DNA of 61,419 nt from positions 1 to 61,419 of IMG/VR virus record IMGVR_UViG_3300017553_000001. One strand, written 5' to 3'. Source of the stretch: a virus (Duplodnaviria > Caudoviricetes). Position 1 is the stretch's first letter. Each line of letters starts with the position of its first letter. A program made the position numbers and the translations under genes. The notes beneath the pieces are model-generated. The model did no database searches and was not told the origin of the DNA. It saw only the letters and a list, made by a program, of their open reading frames with translations. Below, piece after piece: positions 1-10,351 of this stretch.

Positions 1-123
1 CATAGGTCGTGCCGATCATGGTGTTGTCCCACACCAACTCGCGCGCGAGCGAGTCGCCATGGATCGTCATGATGGCTGCGTTATCCGGCGTGATCTGGAT
101 GTCCGATGGACCAACGACGCCAC
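1..123 (+). repeat. Terminal direct repeat, copy 1 (circular-assembly overlap)
   Basis: Identical to 61297-61419; lies inside a reading frame that continues across the junction. Confidence 0.97.
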
Positions 124-2050
124 GGAAGACGAGACCCTCGCCGGCGCGATAAAGCCGGAGTCGCACGCCATCGCGCACGCCAGCGACGGCCGGGTCTGCG
201 ACCGGAACGCTCAGCTCGAACTGGCCAACCTCATCAAGGCCGGCATCATACTTGCCGCCCAGAATCGTCAGCAGCGGCCCAGACGCGAGCGGCTGACCGT
301 CGATGCCGAACAGGTCAGCGCGCAGACCAGTCCCATCGACGGTGGCGTACTCCATCAACGCTGCTTGCATGGCCCCGCGTCCGGCCATGTGCGCCGTAAT
401 GTCAGCGCGGAATGAGACCGTCGCCTCGACGGTAGCGGATCCGGCCATCGTTGCTTCGATATATGGAATGACAGCCAGCCTGGCATCCACGCTGGACGAA
501 CCGGCCATGTGGGATGTGAAGCCTGCCGGAACAGTCAGGCCGGAGTGGAAGGTTGATCTGCCCGCGATCTCAACGTCGATCAGGCGGCGCACCTGCAAGA
601 GCGCGTTGACGGTTGCCCAGCCGAGCATCTGAGCGTCGATGTACGCGGCCGGGAGCAGGCGAACACTCATCCACCCACTGCCGTAGAGGTGCGCGGTGAT
701 GCCAGCTGGTGCGGACGGTCGCGCTTCGACCATTGCCCAGCCTTCGATATTGGCTGAGATGAGCGCGGCTGCCATCACCTGGGCATCGAGCGCGCCGGCT
801 CCGGCCATCTCGGCCTGGATCGACTGCGAGACCGTGACGGCCGCTTGCATTGTGGCCGCACCCGCAATCGCTGCCGTGATCTCCTGCGGCACCTTGAGCA
901 GCGCGGTGATCGTTGCGGCTGAGTCGGACCAGTTGCCCGCGCCGTCGCGCGTGCGGATGTAGCGTGTGTTGTTGCCGTTGACGAGTCCGCTATCGGTCAG
1001 CAGGGACGTCGATATAGGCGTGCCGCTGGTGCAGCTGATCGGCCCGATCAGTTTCGTGCCGGTTCCACCCGCCCCGGTCCAGATTTCGTACCGCATCTGG
1101 CTCGCGCCGGTTGATGTGGCGTCGTTGGCAGTGAACGTCAGCGCGTACTGCTTCGATGTCGGAACTGGGTTTGGCGAGTGGCTGATACTGGTCGCGTTCG
1201 TGGGCGCGGTTGTGTCGCGGTAGACCGTGAACGCATTCGACGTGGCGCTGCCGCCCTCGCCGTCGTCCACTTCCAGCACGAGGCTGTTGGCACCGTCGGT
1301 CAGGTTCGCGTCGTTGTAGGCAATCGTGATCGAGCGCGCGCCCGTCTGGACGCTGCCCGACTTGACCGTTGCCGCGCCCTTTTTGACCGTGTAGTTGAGC
1401 GTTGATTGCTCGGCGTCGGTGGTCGTAAATGAGACCGTCGCGTTGGCGTTGTTCGGGCCGATGTGCGAGTAGCCGGAGCCGTGGTTGACGCTGGGCTGGA
1501 CAGTGAACGTCGGGTTTGTGTTGGGCGTGTAGTCAATCGTGAGCTTCGCTGGCGCATAGGTGCTATGGCCGTATGGCGCGATCTCACGCTGAGCCTGCCC
1601 GGAGCTCGCGACCTGCACGTAAATGGTTGCAACGCCAGACGCGAGATACCCTGAATCCGAGAGCGACTGAAATAGCGCCGTCAGATCAGGGGTATTGTAC
1701 GTCGCGCCCTCGGACCACGTGCCGGACTGGTTCCATGTCACCGTCTCGGCTATACGAGCGGCAACGACAACGCTGTTGTAACTGGTAGGTGCCGCCCCGT
1801 TATCAACGGCACGCGCACGGATTGTATAGGTACCGCTCGTGTCCGAGCTGTCGCCCGATGCGACGAACGTGAGTTTCGCACTGGTGATCGTGACGCCGTG
1901 GAGTGCAGACAGGCCAGTGAAACGCCAGAAGCCGCTGTTGCTCGCGCCCCCGATGTACACACGGGTTGTGTTGTTGTTATTGAACGTCGACGACGGACGC
2001 CAGTATCCATCGTCAGCGCTCGCTCCAATGGAAACGACAATCTGGGCCAC
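1..2050 (-). CDS. 5' part of a large origin-spanning tail/baseplate protein (continues into 59411-61419; ~1311 aa total)
   Basis: GTG at 2050 is in frame with the ATG at 70 (=61366). No in-frame stop seen on manual reading. Thr/Asn-rich Ig/Fn3-like segments (RTRDGAGNWSD) and Ala/Met/Gly beta repeats. Confidence 0.8.
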   Translation of the reverse strand, partial: MAQIVVSIGASADDGYWRPSSTFNNNNTTRVYIGGASNSGFWRFTGLSALHGVTITSAKLTFVASGDSSDTSGTYTIRARAVDNGAAPTSYNSVVVAARIAETVTWNQSGTWSEGATYNTPDLTALFQSLSDSGYLASGVATIYVQVASSGQAQREIAPYGHSTYAPAKLTIDYTPNTNPTFTVQPSVNHGSGYSHIGPNNANATVSFTTTDAEQSTLNYTVKKGAATVKSGSVQTGARSITIAYNDANLTDGANSLVLEVDDGEGGSATSNAFTVYRDTTAPTNATSISHSPNPVPTSKQYALTFTANDATSTGASQMRYEIWTGAGGTGTKLIGPISCTSGTPISTSLLTDSGLVNGNNTRYIRTRDGAGNWSDSAATITALLKVPQEITAAIAGAATMQAAVTVSQSIQAEMAGAGALDAQVMAAALISANIEGWAMVEARPSAPAGITAHLYGSGWMSVRLLPAAYIDAQMLGWATVNALLQVRRLIDVEIAGRSTFHSGLTVPAGFTSHMAGSSSVDARLAVIPYIEATMAGSATVEATVSFRADITAHMAGRGAMQAALMEYATVDGTGLRADLFGIDGQPLASGPLLTILGGKYDAGLDEVGQFELSVPVADPAVAGVRDGVRLRLYRAGEGLVFRGVVGPSDIQITPDNAAIMTIHGDSLARELVWDNTMIGTTY

Positions 2051-2115
2051 GTTGTCCTGCCTACCGGCCTTATCGTGTCAGTAGCGGAGAACCAGCGCCC
2101 CGCTCCTGCGTGCTA

Positions 2116-2520
2116 CTAGTCCTCGGTGAGGGTCAGTGCGCCAGCCCGAATAACCGGCGGTGTCTGGGAGGTACTCACCGCCACGGATCCGACGTCCGCG
2201 TCGTAATAGAGCATGTCGCCGCCAGACGGCGCATTGACGAGCGCGACTGCGACGGCCGTGTCTGAGCCGCCCAACACCTCCGGCCATTCGATGTCAGCCG
2301 AGTTCGTCATCGCGCCGCCGGACGCGGCGTTGAGGCTCGCGGCCGGGACCTGCACGCGCGCATAGCCCGTGTACGCGACCTCCTGTATGGTCGATCCTGT
2401 CGACCCCTTCGACGGTGCGACCTTGCACAGCGCGGCGTACACCGCCGTTGGCATAGCGAAAGCAGCCCGACCGGTATTATGGTCAAGTATTTTATTGCAG
2501 AGCCAAGTACTCTTGGGCAA
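2116..2520 (-). CDS. Small tail/tail-fibre-associated structural protein
   Basis: 134 aa, VYAAL...EVAYTGYAR...I.WP motif pattern of small phage tail proteins; position in tail module. Confidence 0.6.
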   Translation of the reverse strand: MPKSTWLCNKILDHNTGRAAFAMPTAVYAALCKVAPSKGSTGSTIQEVAYTGYARVQVPAASLNAASGGAMTNSADIEWPEVLGGSDTAVAVALVNAPSGGDMLYYDADVGSVAVSTSQTPPVIRAGALTLTED

Positions 2521-2570
2521 GGGATTGTCCTCTCACGTACAATACTTAGGCATCACTAGGAGGCAATGCC

Positions 2571-3203
2571 ATGACAGCCAACGGAGCGCGTGTTGAACGA
2601 GTCTGTGAACGATGCGGTAGCGCGTTTCTCGCGTGGCCTGCGCATATTCGGCAGGGCAAGGCTCGATACTGTTCCGCGAAGTGCCGCGCAAAAGCGGTCG
2701 GGGAAATGACTCGTGGACGTCGCCGCAATGCTGTGACGCTGGTTTGTGATCAATGCGGTGAGGAATTCACTGTGCCGGCGTCGGTTGCCGAGCGCGGGCG
2801 TCGATTCTGCTCGCGCCCCTGCGCTGATGCAGGGAGCGCCACGGCCAATTACATCGGCGTCAACGGGTATGTCTATCGAACTATTCGCGGACGAGGGCAG
2901 GTGCTGGAACATCGGATTGTGATGGAACATCATCTGGGAAGGCCGTTGGAATCGCGCGAACACGTCCATCACGTCAATGGCGACAAGACCGACAACCGGA
3001 TTGAGAACCTGATCCTTCTCGACGCAAGTACTCATCAGAGTCTTCACAGTGGCCGGCAAGGTCGATGGTCGCGACATCATGACGCTTGCGTCGAGTGCGG
3101 CACATCGACGATCCCGTTCCTTGCGAAGGGCATGTGCCGGACGTGCTATCAGCGCCATTACAGCCGGAAGGCTCGTGGCAGTGATCTCGCATCCAAGCTG
3201 TGA
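2571..3203 (+). CDS. HNH homing endonuclease with CxxC zinc-finger repeats
   Basis: [14 protein letters not shown]...[16 protein letters not shown] (HNH_3 type); several CxxC pairs; AGGAGG RBS; antisense to neighbours. Confidence 0.9.
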   Translation: MTANGARVERVCERCGSAFLAWPAHIRQGKARYCSAKCRAKAVGEMTRGRRRNAVTLVCDQCGEEFTVPASVAERGRRFCSRPCADAGSATANYIGVNGYVYRTIRGRGQVLEHRIVMEHHLGRPLESREHVHHVNGDKTDNRIENLILLDASTHQSLHSGRQGRWSRHHDACVECGTSTIPFLAKGMCRTCYQRHYSRKARGSDLASKL

Positions 3204-3233
3204 CCCGCTCTTGGGCACGATCTGACCCTTTCA

Positions 3234-4082
3234 CTACTCGTATGCGGCATAGAACCGCACATCCACCTGCATATCTGGCGATCCCGCAGACGAGATTTCG
3301 AGGAAATTGCTGCCCGGCACAATGGTCAGTAAACCAGTCTGCGTTGACCCCAAAGTCACACCCTCAAAGGCGCTCGCCCACGTTGTCCCACCGTCCGTAG
3401 AGACCTCAATTGCGGCCCGCTGTGGGTCGATTCGGAGAATGTCCCCTGCCCCGGCCGTCATTGCGACAGCAATGGATTCGGCCGTCGTCGCGTTGCGAAT
3501 CTCGATGTTCTGAAAGCCGCCGACGGCTAACGACTCGACCTCGACAATCACCTCGCCAGCGTTGGCGTCGCCAGTGTTGACGACCTCCAGCGTGGCCGTG
3601 TTCGTTCCGACCCCCAGGCTCGCCGTCGTGATGTCTTCGGCATGCCAGTCAGACAGCCGCACAAAATCAACGACAACGCCAATGAACTGCCGATCCGTCA
3701 CTGTGAGATTCATGCTCGGCATTGAGACCGCTTGCGCTCGCGCCCAGCGTCGCACCGGATCCTCGTCTCCGATGCGCCCCATGACCTTCCAGAGCCGGCC
3801 AATACCGTACTGTCGCAGCGCACGCTTCAGTGACTGCTCTTCCTGATCGACCGTTTCGACCGCACTACCACCCAACAGAAACCGCCCGCGCTCCTGTCCT
3901 GGCCGCTTCATTGCTGGACCACCGCCCAGCACGTTGATGCCGTAGCTCGCACCCACGACCGACCGGATCGGGACAATCAGTTCCTGCGACGACGACCATT
4001 CGTGTTCGAGTCGCGCGAAACTCAACAGGTCGGTGCCATCCAACCGGCTAAAGCCCTCAATCCACTGACGCCCCAGACTCAT
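3234..4082 (-). CDS. Distal tail protein (Dit)-like
   Basis: Follows the TMP with ATGA overlap at 4079-4082; VVNTGD...PGSN beta-rich C-terminus. Confidence 0.65.
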   Translation of the reverse strand: MSLGRQWIEGFSRLDGTDLLSFARLEHEWSSSQELIVPIRSVVGASYGINVLGGGPAMKRPGQERGRFLLGGSAVETVDQEEQSLKRALRQYGIGRLWKVMGRIGDEDPVRRWARAQAVSMPSMNLTVTDRQFIGVVVDFVRLSDWHAEDITTASLGVGTNTATLEVVNTGDANAGEVIVEVESLAVGGFQNIEIRNATTAESIAVAMTAGAGDILRIDPQRAAIEVSTDGGTTWASAFEGVTLGSTQTGLLTIVPGSNFLEISSAGSPDMQVDVRFYAAYE

Positions 4083-7000
4083 GGCATCCCCTTCCTGCGC
4101 TTGGCGGAGCGGACGCCCCAACCGATGTCTGCGAGAGACCGTTCAGCGTCTTCGCGGTCGCGAGCGTTGATCGTCACCGGGCCGTTGATCGTGACGTCAA
4201 TGTCGTCGCCGATCTGGCCGGCTTCCATTGCCTGCATCGTGAGCGGCCCGACGTCGAGAGCGCTGATGCGCGCCCACTCCGGCGACTGTCGCATCCGATC
4301 CACCAGTGCCGCTGCGACGAGCGCCGCACCGTGCGATTCGAGCGGGATGACCGCCTCGGCTCCGCTCTCTGCGATCGTGGCGTCGAGTTCGCGTGTGACG
4401 ACACCGCCGATCGCGAGCTTCGGCAACTCGATCCCCTTCGCGGCACGGGTGATCGTGTCGTCATTTCCGACCGGGTCGGGATTCCACTTCGGCGTACTGG
4501 CCGGTTCGTCCATCGCCTTCGGCACTCCAACCAGACCGGTCGACGTGTCGGTCTTTCCGCCGGCCGATTCGACCGCGCCGGTCTTCGGTGCGGTCGTCGT
4601 TCCGGTTGCACCGCTCGGAACGCTCGGTAGTGCGGCTGGCTGGACAGATTCGATCGTCGCGTTGGCGGCCTGAATGAGTGAGGCGATTTCCTGCACCGCG
4701 CCGAGGAACCGCAGCGCCTCCTGGACACCCTGCGTGCTGGCCAGATAGGCCACGTCCTGGACGAGCTGGATGACGATCTCCCACGAGGCGAGGAAATCGT
4801 CTGCGTGCTTCTGCGTGACCCTGGCGTGATCGACCATCGCCTTGAAGGCGTCGGCGCTGCCCTTGACGATGCCGAGCATGTCGCTGGCGACATCGGAGAA
4901 CGTCTGCAGATAGGCCAGCGCGTCGGCGTCGTACTTCGTGGCGATCTGCCGGATCATGTCGAGGATGTAGTCGGTGACGCCGGTCATTTCCCAGGCGAGT
5001 TGCCGCAGGTTCTCGCGGGTCGTCGGCTCCATATCGCCGAACATGAGAATTGCTGCGAGCGCCTCACCAGTCGCCTTCATGACGGACAGGCCATCGTTGG
5101 CGCTGGTGGAGAACGCCGAGACGGCATCGAGGCCCTTCGTATCCCAGGTGACAGCGACGAGTTCCAACTGCCGAATGACCAGCTCGATCAAGTCGACCAT
5201 CGCCTGCGACGTTGCTGCGAGGTCGCGTCCAGAGGTGTGGATCGTGCCGAACAGCAGGATGGCTTCGAGCGCATCGCCGGCCTGCCCCATGACGCCCAGT
5301 CCATCGGTGGCGGCAGTGGAGTAGTCCGTGACGGCCGCCAGACCGTTCGTCTGGAAGTTGCTGGACGACCGCTGGAGCGCCGAGACGATGTACTCGGTCA
5401 GCGCGACTATCCGGTCGGACGCGGAGCGCAGATCGGCGTCTGTGACGTCCATGCCGGAGAAGGTCAGCAGCGCCTGAATCGCCGGCAGCGCATCGCCCAT
5501 GAGCTGATAGCCGCTCTGCGCGGTCGTCAGATACTCCTCAATGTGGGCGAGACCTTCGGTCGTGAAGAGCATGGCTGAATCGCCCAACGAGGCGACGATA
5601 TGCTCCGTCAGGAACTTGACCTGGGTTGCGGCTTCTGTCGCTGCTGTGAAGTCGGCATCGACCAGGCTTGCGAGCGATGCCAGCGCCTCCCCGGCCGACG
5701 TCATCAGTTCCATGCCGGCGACGGCCGTCTCGGCGTAGGATCCGGCGCGTTCGATGAAACCGCCGCCACGAGTTGCGGTGATGTAGTCGGCACTATCGCC
5801 GATCGACAGCATGATGTGTTCAGTGAGGAACTTGATCTGCGTCGCGCCGTCCTTCGCCCGAACGAGCGAGCCGGACAGGTTCGCCAGTTCCGACAGGACG
5901 GCCGCCCCCTGCTCCATCAGGTCAAGGCCCGAGGTGGAAGAATCGGCGTACGACTCTGCGGACGCGACGAACGAATCGTCGCGCTCGGCATCCATGTAGA
6001 GCGCGCTGTCGCCGATCGAGAACATGATGTGTTCGGTCAGGAACTTGATGTCGGACGCGGCCTGCTGCGCGCGGCCCAGATCGGCCGTCAGATCGCTGAG
6101 CGTGGCGAGCAGGTCCGCGCCCTGTTCCATCAGCTTCAGGCCGGACTCAGCAGCATCGGCGTACTCGCCGGCGCGGGTGACAAAGCCCTCCGGTCGGGTC
6201 GCGTCGATGAGCGCGACCGAATCGCCGATCGAAATGACGATGTGCTCGCTCAGGAACTTGACGTCGGTGGCAGCCTGCTTGGCGCGCTGCAGGTTGGCGT
6301 TGCTGGCATCGAGCTTCGCCAGCAGCCCTAGCCCCTGCTCCATCAGGTCGTACGCCTTCTTGGCGGCGTCCATGTAAGCAGAAGCGGCGTCGAGTAGCCC
6401 GTCCTCAAATTCGTCGGCAGTGTCGGCGACCATGCCGATCACGAACTTCGAGAATTCGTTCAGCTCGCGCAGGAACGATTCGCCCTGGAACTGCCGCGAC
6501 TCGACAATGCCGGTAACGACGCCGTCAGACGCCGCCTCGCTGGCGTCGGTTGCCGCGTCCACGATCTCAGGCGTCGAGTCGGTGATGCCGCCGGCGTACT
6601 GTTCGCCGAGATCGCGGCCGTACTGCCACCAATTGCGCCGCTGGCCGTGGAACGTGTTGGAGAGTGCGCCAACGCCGCTCTCGACGGCCGGCAGGGTGTC
6701 CGCTGCGAATCCAGCGGTGATGTAGGACCAGTCGGGAGTGAAGGCTAGCGGCCCCCATTTGGCCGGCGAGTGCGGCAGCAGGCCCTCGACGTGGATCAGG
6801 CCGGCCGTGACGGCCGTGTAGTCCAGCTGAGCGTAGATGGTGAACGAGCGAGTAACGCCTGACAGGCGCGATTCAACCTCGTCAATGCCCGCTATGGCGT
6901 TGGAGTTGTCGGTGTTGAGCGTTGCGGTGTAATCGCCCTCGGCAAAGCCGGTGGCGCGGCCCCGTGCATACTCGGTCGGAGTCACGGCCGGTTCGTTGTC

Positions 7001-10000
7001 GGCCTTCAGGGTCGCGGTGTAATCGCCTTCAGCGAAACCTTCAACTCGACCCTTCGCATATTCGGTCGGGGTGACAGCATCGTCGCTTATGACCGTTAGG
7101 GTCGCGGTATAGTCGCCTTCCGCAAATCCAGTGGCCCGGCCCCTGGCATATTCAGTTGGCGTTACTGCCGGCTCATTCTCCGCCTTCAGGGTCGCAGTGT
7201 AGTCGCCGTCCGCGAACGTCCGACCCGCATCGCTAGCGTTGTGCGCCTTCTCGATCGCATGAGTGTCGTCGCCCTCGAACGCCGCCATGTAATCCCCAGC
7301 GGCGAAGTCCTCAGCGGCAGTCGTGGCATCCTCTGCGCCCTGCTCAGCATTGCTGGTGTCAACCCCCAGGATCGCTTCAGCCTGCGTCTCGTCGAAAACC
7401 CCGAGCTGCACCAATAGGTTGACGATCTTCTCGATCGTCGTATCCATCGCCGTGGCAAGCTGCCCGAGGGATTCGGTCATCGTCAGGCCGGCGGCACTGG
7501 CAGGGTCGTACTGCGCCGTCAGAGCAGCGAGCGCCATGCGGTATTCGGTGGAATTTTTGTCTTCGTACTGGCTGTTGAGCTGATCGAGCTTTTCGGTGTA
7601 CTCTGCGGTCTTCAGCCCCGCATCGACAATCGCGTCGCCTTCGTCCAGCACCGCGCCCTTGGACCGCTCCGAGAGCCAGTTCAGGCGCTCCTTCTGCTCG
7701 TTGTACTGCTCCTGGGTGATCGTGCCAGCGGCCAGTTGCTGATCGAGGATGCTCCCCGCCTGCTCGGCAAGCTTGGCGCGGCCTTCCCACTCCGAGAGGT
7801 TCTGTGACGCCTGCTGTGCCGGTTCGAGGATCGCGGCGTACGCCTCCCCGACGCGGTTCATCTGGGTACCGAACTGGATCGCCCGCTCGCCTGCGACCCC
7901 CATGATTTCGGTGATCGCATCGATGCGGGATCGCAGCGCGTCGGCGGCTTCAAAGTCGCCTTCGGCCAGCGCCTTAATCAGGGCATCGTTGAGCTTCTGT
8001 AGCTCGGCCTGCCCAGCGGCGCTGAACTCGCGGTAGGACACCTTACCGTTGGCAACAAAGGCGTCGATCGCCTGCCCGGCCGTGAGCGTGCCGGTCTCGA
8101 CCGCCAGACCGATCGCATCGAACGCGCCGACGGCGTTCTCACCCATGCCGACGATCCCGGACGTCAGGCCATCAACCCGGCCGACCATCTCATCGACTTC
8201 GGACTGCGTGTAATGCAGACCGTCGCCGAGGTCGGAGAAGTCGCTAGCGGCTGCCGCAGCGCTATCGCCTGCGACGGCCGTGCCTTCGGCAACCTGCCCA
8301 ACCAGGTCGACGTACTGCTGCAGATTGACGACGCGCGCTCCAAGTTCAGGATCCCAGATCTCGACGAACCCGCGTTCGAGGTCCATCTGGGTGATCTTGG
8401 TGCCGAGGTCTGCGCTGGCCTGTTCCAGCACATCCTCCATCGCCGCCGAGAACTTTTCCTTGCTTAGCAGAATGGAGCGGTCCGAGGCATTCCAGACGAC
8501 GGTCGCCTCAGCCTGCCGTTCAACGCCATCTTTCTGGCTGGCCAGCCACTCCTGGAAGTCCTGCTTGTCCTTGGCGCGCGCTTCCTGTACCGCCGCGAAC
8601 TCGGTTTCGACCTGTTGGCGATACGCCGTGTAGGCGGCTGCCATTTCAGCTGAGGAACCCGTCGTATCTGAGGCGAATTCCCGCGCGGCCTTTCCTGCCT
8701 CGCCCATTGCGCCCGCAACGGCCTGCATATCGCGCGACGACTCTTCGCGCCAGATGTTGACGGCCTTCTTGGCGTCGTCGTATGCGCCGATAACGTCGCC
8801 ACGTAGCAGCTTGCCGATCGCTGAACCGCCGACGGCGATGGTCTCAACGACCTTCTTGATCGTGTCGGGAATCTGTTGGAACCACTCGACAACGTCGCGC
8901 ACGACGTCAACGCCAGTGTGGAACGCATCGACCAGCGCGGCCCAGCCGGTTGAAAGCGCGCCGGTATGCTGCTCGATCGCGACCATCGCAGCGACGAGGA
9001 GAGCGCCAGCCGCGACGACAAGCAGCACCGGCGTCGAGACGGCCGCCAGCGCCGATGCCAGCGCGCCAAAGATCAGCACCACTGGCCCTGCGACCGCGAC
9101 GAGCCCTACCAACGTCAGGGTGAACGTCTTCATTGGCTCTGGCAGGCGGCCGAACGCAGGCACGAGTGTGCCGCTGATGAAGGACGCGACGTCGGACAGC
9201 ACTGCCGCGCCCTGCTGAAGCGCCGGTAGCAACATCGCCGAGAATGCGATGCCGACCTCGATCACGTGGTTCTTGAGGATCGTGAGCTGGCTGGCCGTTG
9301 TGGCGTAGCGCTGTGCGGCTTCGTTGGTGAGCGCGGTGTTCTCTACCCAGGCATCGCTGCCCAGTTCGATCGCATTGCGGAAGAGATCACCAGCGCCAGC
9401 GGCACGCAGCAGCGCGTCACGGACACGGATCTCGGACAGGCCCAGTTCTTCCAGTACACCGAAGACGTCGCCGCCGGCCGACTGGATGCCGCCCAGGCCC
9501 TCAATGAACGCGATAATCGCGCCAGAGGCATCCTCCTGGAACGCACGACGGAACTCATCGGTAGTCATGCCGGCCGTCGAGGCGAAGAGCTCCAGATTCT
9601 TGCCGCCCGACTGGACGTCCGAGGCCATCTGGATCATGACGCGACTGATCGCCGAACCGCCGGCCTGCGCCTCAATGCCGACGCTGGAGAGTGCCGTTGC
9701 GAAGCCGAGAATCTGCGGCTCAGTCATGCCGACCGTGTGGCCTGCACCAGCGATCCGCAAGCCCATCTCGACGATCTCCGCCTCGGTTGTGGCGAAGTTG
9801 TTGCCCAAGGCGACCACGGTGCTACCCAGCCGGCCGAATTCCGTCTGCGGCATCTGGGTGATGTTGGCGAGACGGGCGAGCGAGGTGGCCGCCTGGTCGG
9901 CGGTCATGTTGGTGGAGACACCCAGGTCCACCATCGTGCGGGTGAAGCCGAGGATGTTGGGAGTTTCGATGCCCAGCTGGCCGGCGGCTTCTGCAACGCC

Positions 10001-10351
10001 AGCGATCGCGGTTGCCGAGGCCGGGACTTCCAGCGCCATCTCGCGGATGCCCTGCGAGAGAACGCCGAACTCAGCCTCGGTCGCGTTGACCGTCTTCCTG
10101 ACGCCAGCGAAGGCGGATTCGTAATCAATGCCGGTCTTGGCGGCAGCAACACCGGCCGCGATCACGCCGGCGGTCATCACCGTCATGCCGCGACCGGTTG
10201 CGGTCAGGGACTGCCCGACCATATCGAAGGAACCGCGAAGGCCCTCGGTCTCCCGCTTCGCGTTGGATATGCCGGACCGTAAATCGGCGTCGTCTACGCG
10301 AAGTTCGAGTACGGCTTCACCCAACAGGTCGCCGTATCCCCCGATGCTCAC
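4079..10351 (-). CDS. Tail tape measure protein (TP901 family), 2090 aa
   Basis: YESAFAGVRKTV, LGNNFATTEAEI and GIEAQAGGSAISR core; hydrophobic segments; AESGAEAVIPL near C-terminus. Confidence 0.95.
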   Translation of the reverse strand: MSIGGYGDLLGEAVLELRVDDADLRSGISNAKRETEGLRGSFDMVGQSLTATGRGMTVMTAGVIAAGVAAAKTGIDYESAFAGVRKTVNATEAEFGVLSQGIREMALEVPASATAIAGVAEAAGQLGIETPNILGFTRTMVDLGVSTNMTADQAATSLARLANITQMPQTEFGRLGSTVVALGNNFATTEAEIVEMGLRIAGAGHTVGMTEPQILGFATALSSVGIEAQAGGSAISRVMIQMASDVQSGGKNLELFASTAGMTTDEFRRAFQEDASGAIIAFIEGLGGIQSAGGDVFGVLEELGLSEIRVRDALLRAAGAGDLFRNAIELGSDAWVENTALTNEAAQRYATTASQLTILKNHVIEVGIAFSAMLLPALQQGAAVLSDVASFISGTLVPAFGRLPEPMKTFTLTLVGLVAVAGPVVLIFGALASALAAVSTPVLLVVAAGALLVAAMVAIEQHTGALSTGWAALVDAFHTGVDVVRDVVEWFQQIPDTIKKVVETIAVGGSAIGKLLRGDVIGAYDDAKKAVNIWREESSRDMQAVAGAMGEAGKAAREFASDTTGSSAEMAAAYTAYRQQVETEFAAVQEARAKDKQDFQEWLASQKDGVERQAEATVVWNASDRSILLSKEKFSAAMEDVLEQASADLGTKITQMDLERGFVEIWDPELGARVVNLQQYVDLVGQVAEGTAVAGDSAAAAASDFSDLGDGLHYTQSEVDEMVGRVDGLTSGIVGMGENAVGAFDAIGLAVETGTLTAGQAIDAFVANGKVSYREFSAAGQAELQKLNDALIKALAEGDFEAADALRSRIDAITEIMGVAGERAIQFGTQMNRVGEAYAAILEPAQQASQNLSEWEGRAKLAEQAGSILDQQLAAGTITQEQYNEQKERLNWLSERSKGAVLDEGDAIVDAGLKTAEYTEKLDQLNSQYEDKNSTEYRMALAALTAQYDPASAAGLTMTESLGQLATAMDTTIEKIVNLLVQLGVFDETQAEAILGVDTSNAEQGAEDATTAAEDFAAGDYMAAFEGDDTHAIEKAHNASDAGRTFADGDYTATLKAENEPAVTPTEYARGRATGFAEGDYTATLTVISDDAVTPTEYAKGRVEGFAEGDYTATLKADNEPAVTPTEYARGRATGFAEGDYTATLNTDNSNAIAGIDEVESRLSGVTRSFTIYAQLDYTAVTAGLIHVEGLLPHSPAKWGPLAFTPDWSYITAGFAADTLPAVESGVGALSNTFHGQRRNWWQYGRDLGEQYAGGITDSTPEIVDAATDASEAASDGVVTGIVESRQFQGESFLRELNEFSKFVIGMVADTADEFEDGLLDAASAYMDAAKKAYDLMEQGLGLLAKLDASNANLQRAKQAATDVKFLSEHIVISIGDSVALIDATRPEGFVTRAGEYADAAESGLKLMEQGADLLATLSDLTADLGRAQQAASDIKFLTEHIMFSIGDSALYMDAERDDSFVASAESYADSSTSGLDLMEQGAAVLSELANLSGSLVRAKDGATQIKFLTEHIMLSIGDSADYITATRGGGFIERAGSYAETAVAGMELMTSAGEALASLASLVDADFTAATEAATQVKFLTEHIVASLGDSAMLFTTEGLAHIEEYLTTAQSGYQLMGDALPAIQALLTFSGMDVTDADLRSASDRIVALTEYIVSALQRSSSNFQTNGLAAVTDYSTAATDGLGVMGQAGDALEAILLFGTIHTSGRDLAATSQAMVDLIELVIRQLELVAVTWDTKGLDAVSAFSTSANDGLSVMKATGEALAAILMFGDMEPTTRENLRQLAWEMTGVTDYILDMIRQIATKYDADALAYLQTFSDVASDMLGIVKGSADAFKAMVDHARVTQKHADDFLASWEIVIQLVQDVAYLASTQGVQEALRFLGAVQEIASLIQAANATIESVQPAALPSVPSGATGTTTAPKTGAVESAGGKTDTSTGLVGVPKAMDEPASTPKWNPDPVGNDDTITRAAKGIELPKLAIGGVVTRELDATIAESGAEAVIPLESHGAALVAAALVDRMRQSPEWARISALDVGPLTMQAMEAGQIGDDIDVTINGPVTINARDREDAERSLADIGWGVRSAKRRKGMP
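6900..7306 (-). repeat. About 4.5 tandem 90-bp (30-aa) repeats FAxGDYTATL... within the TMP
   Basis: FAAGDYM, FADGDYT and three FAEGDYT at 30-residue spacing. Confidence 0.9.
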
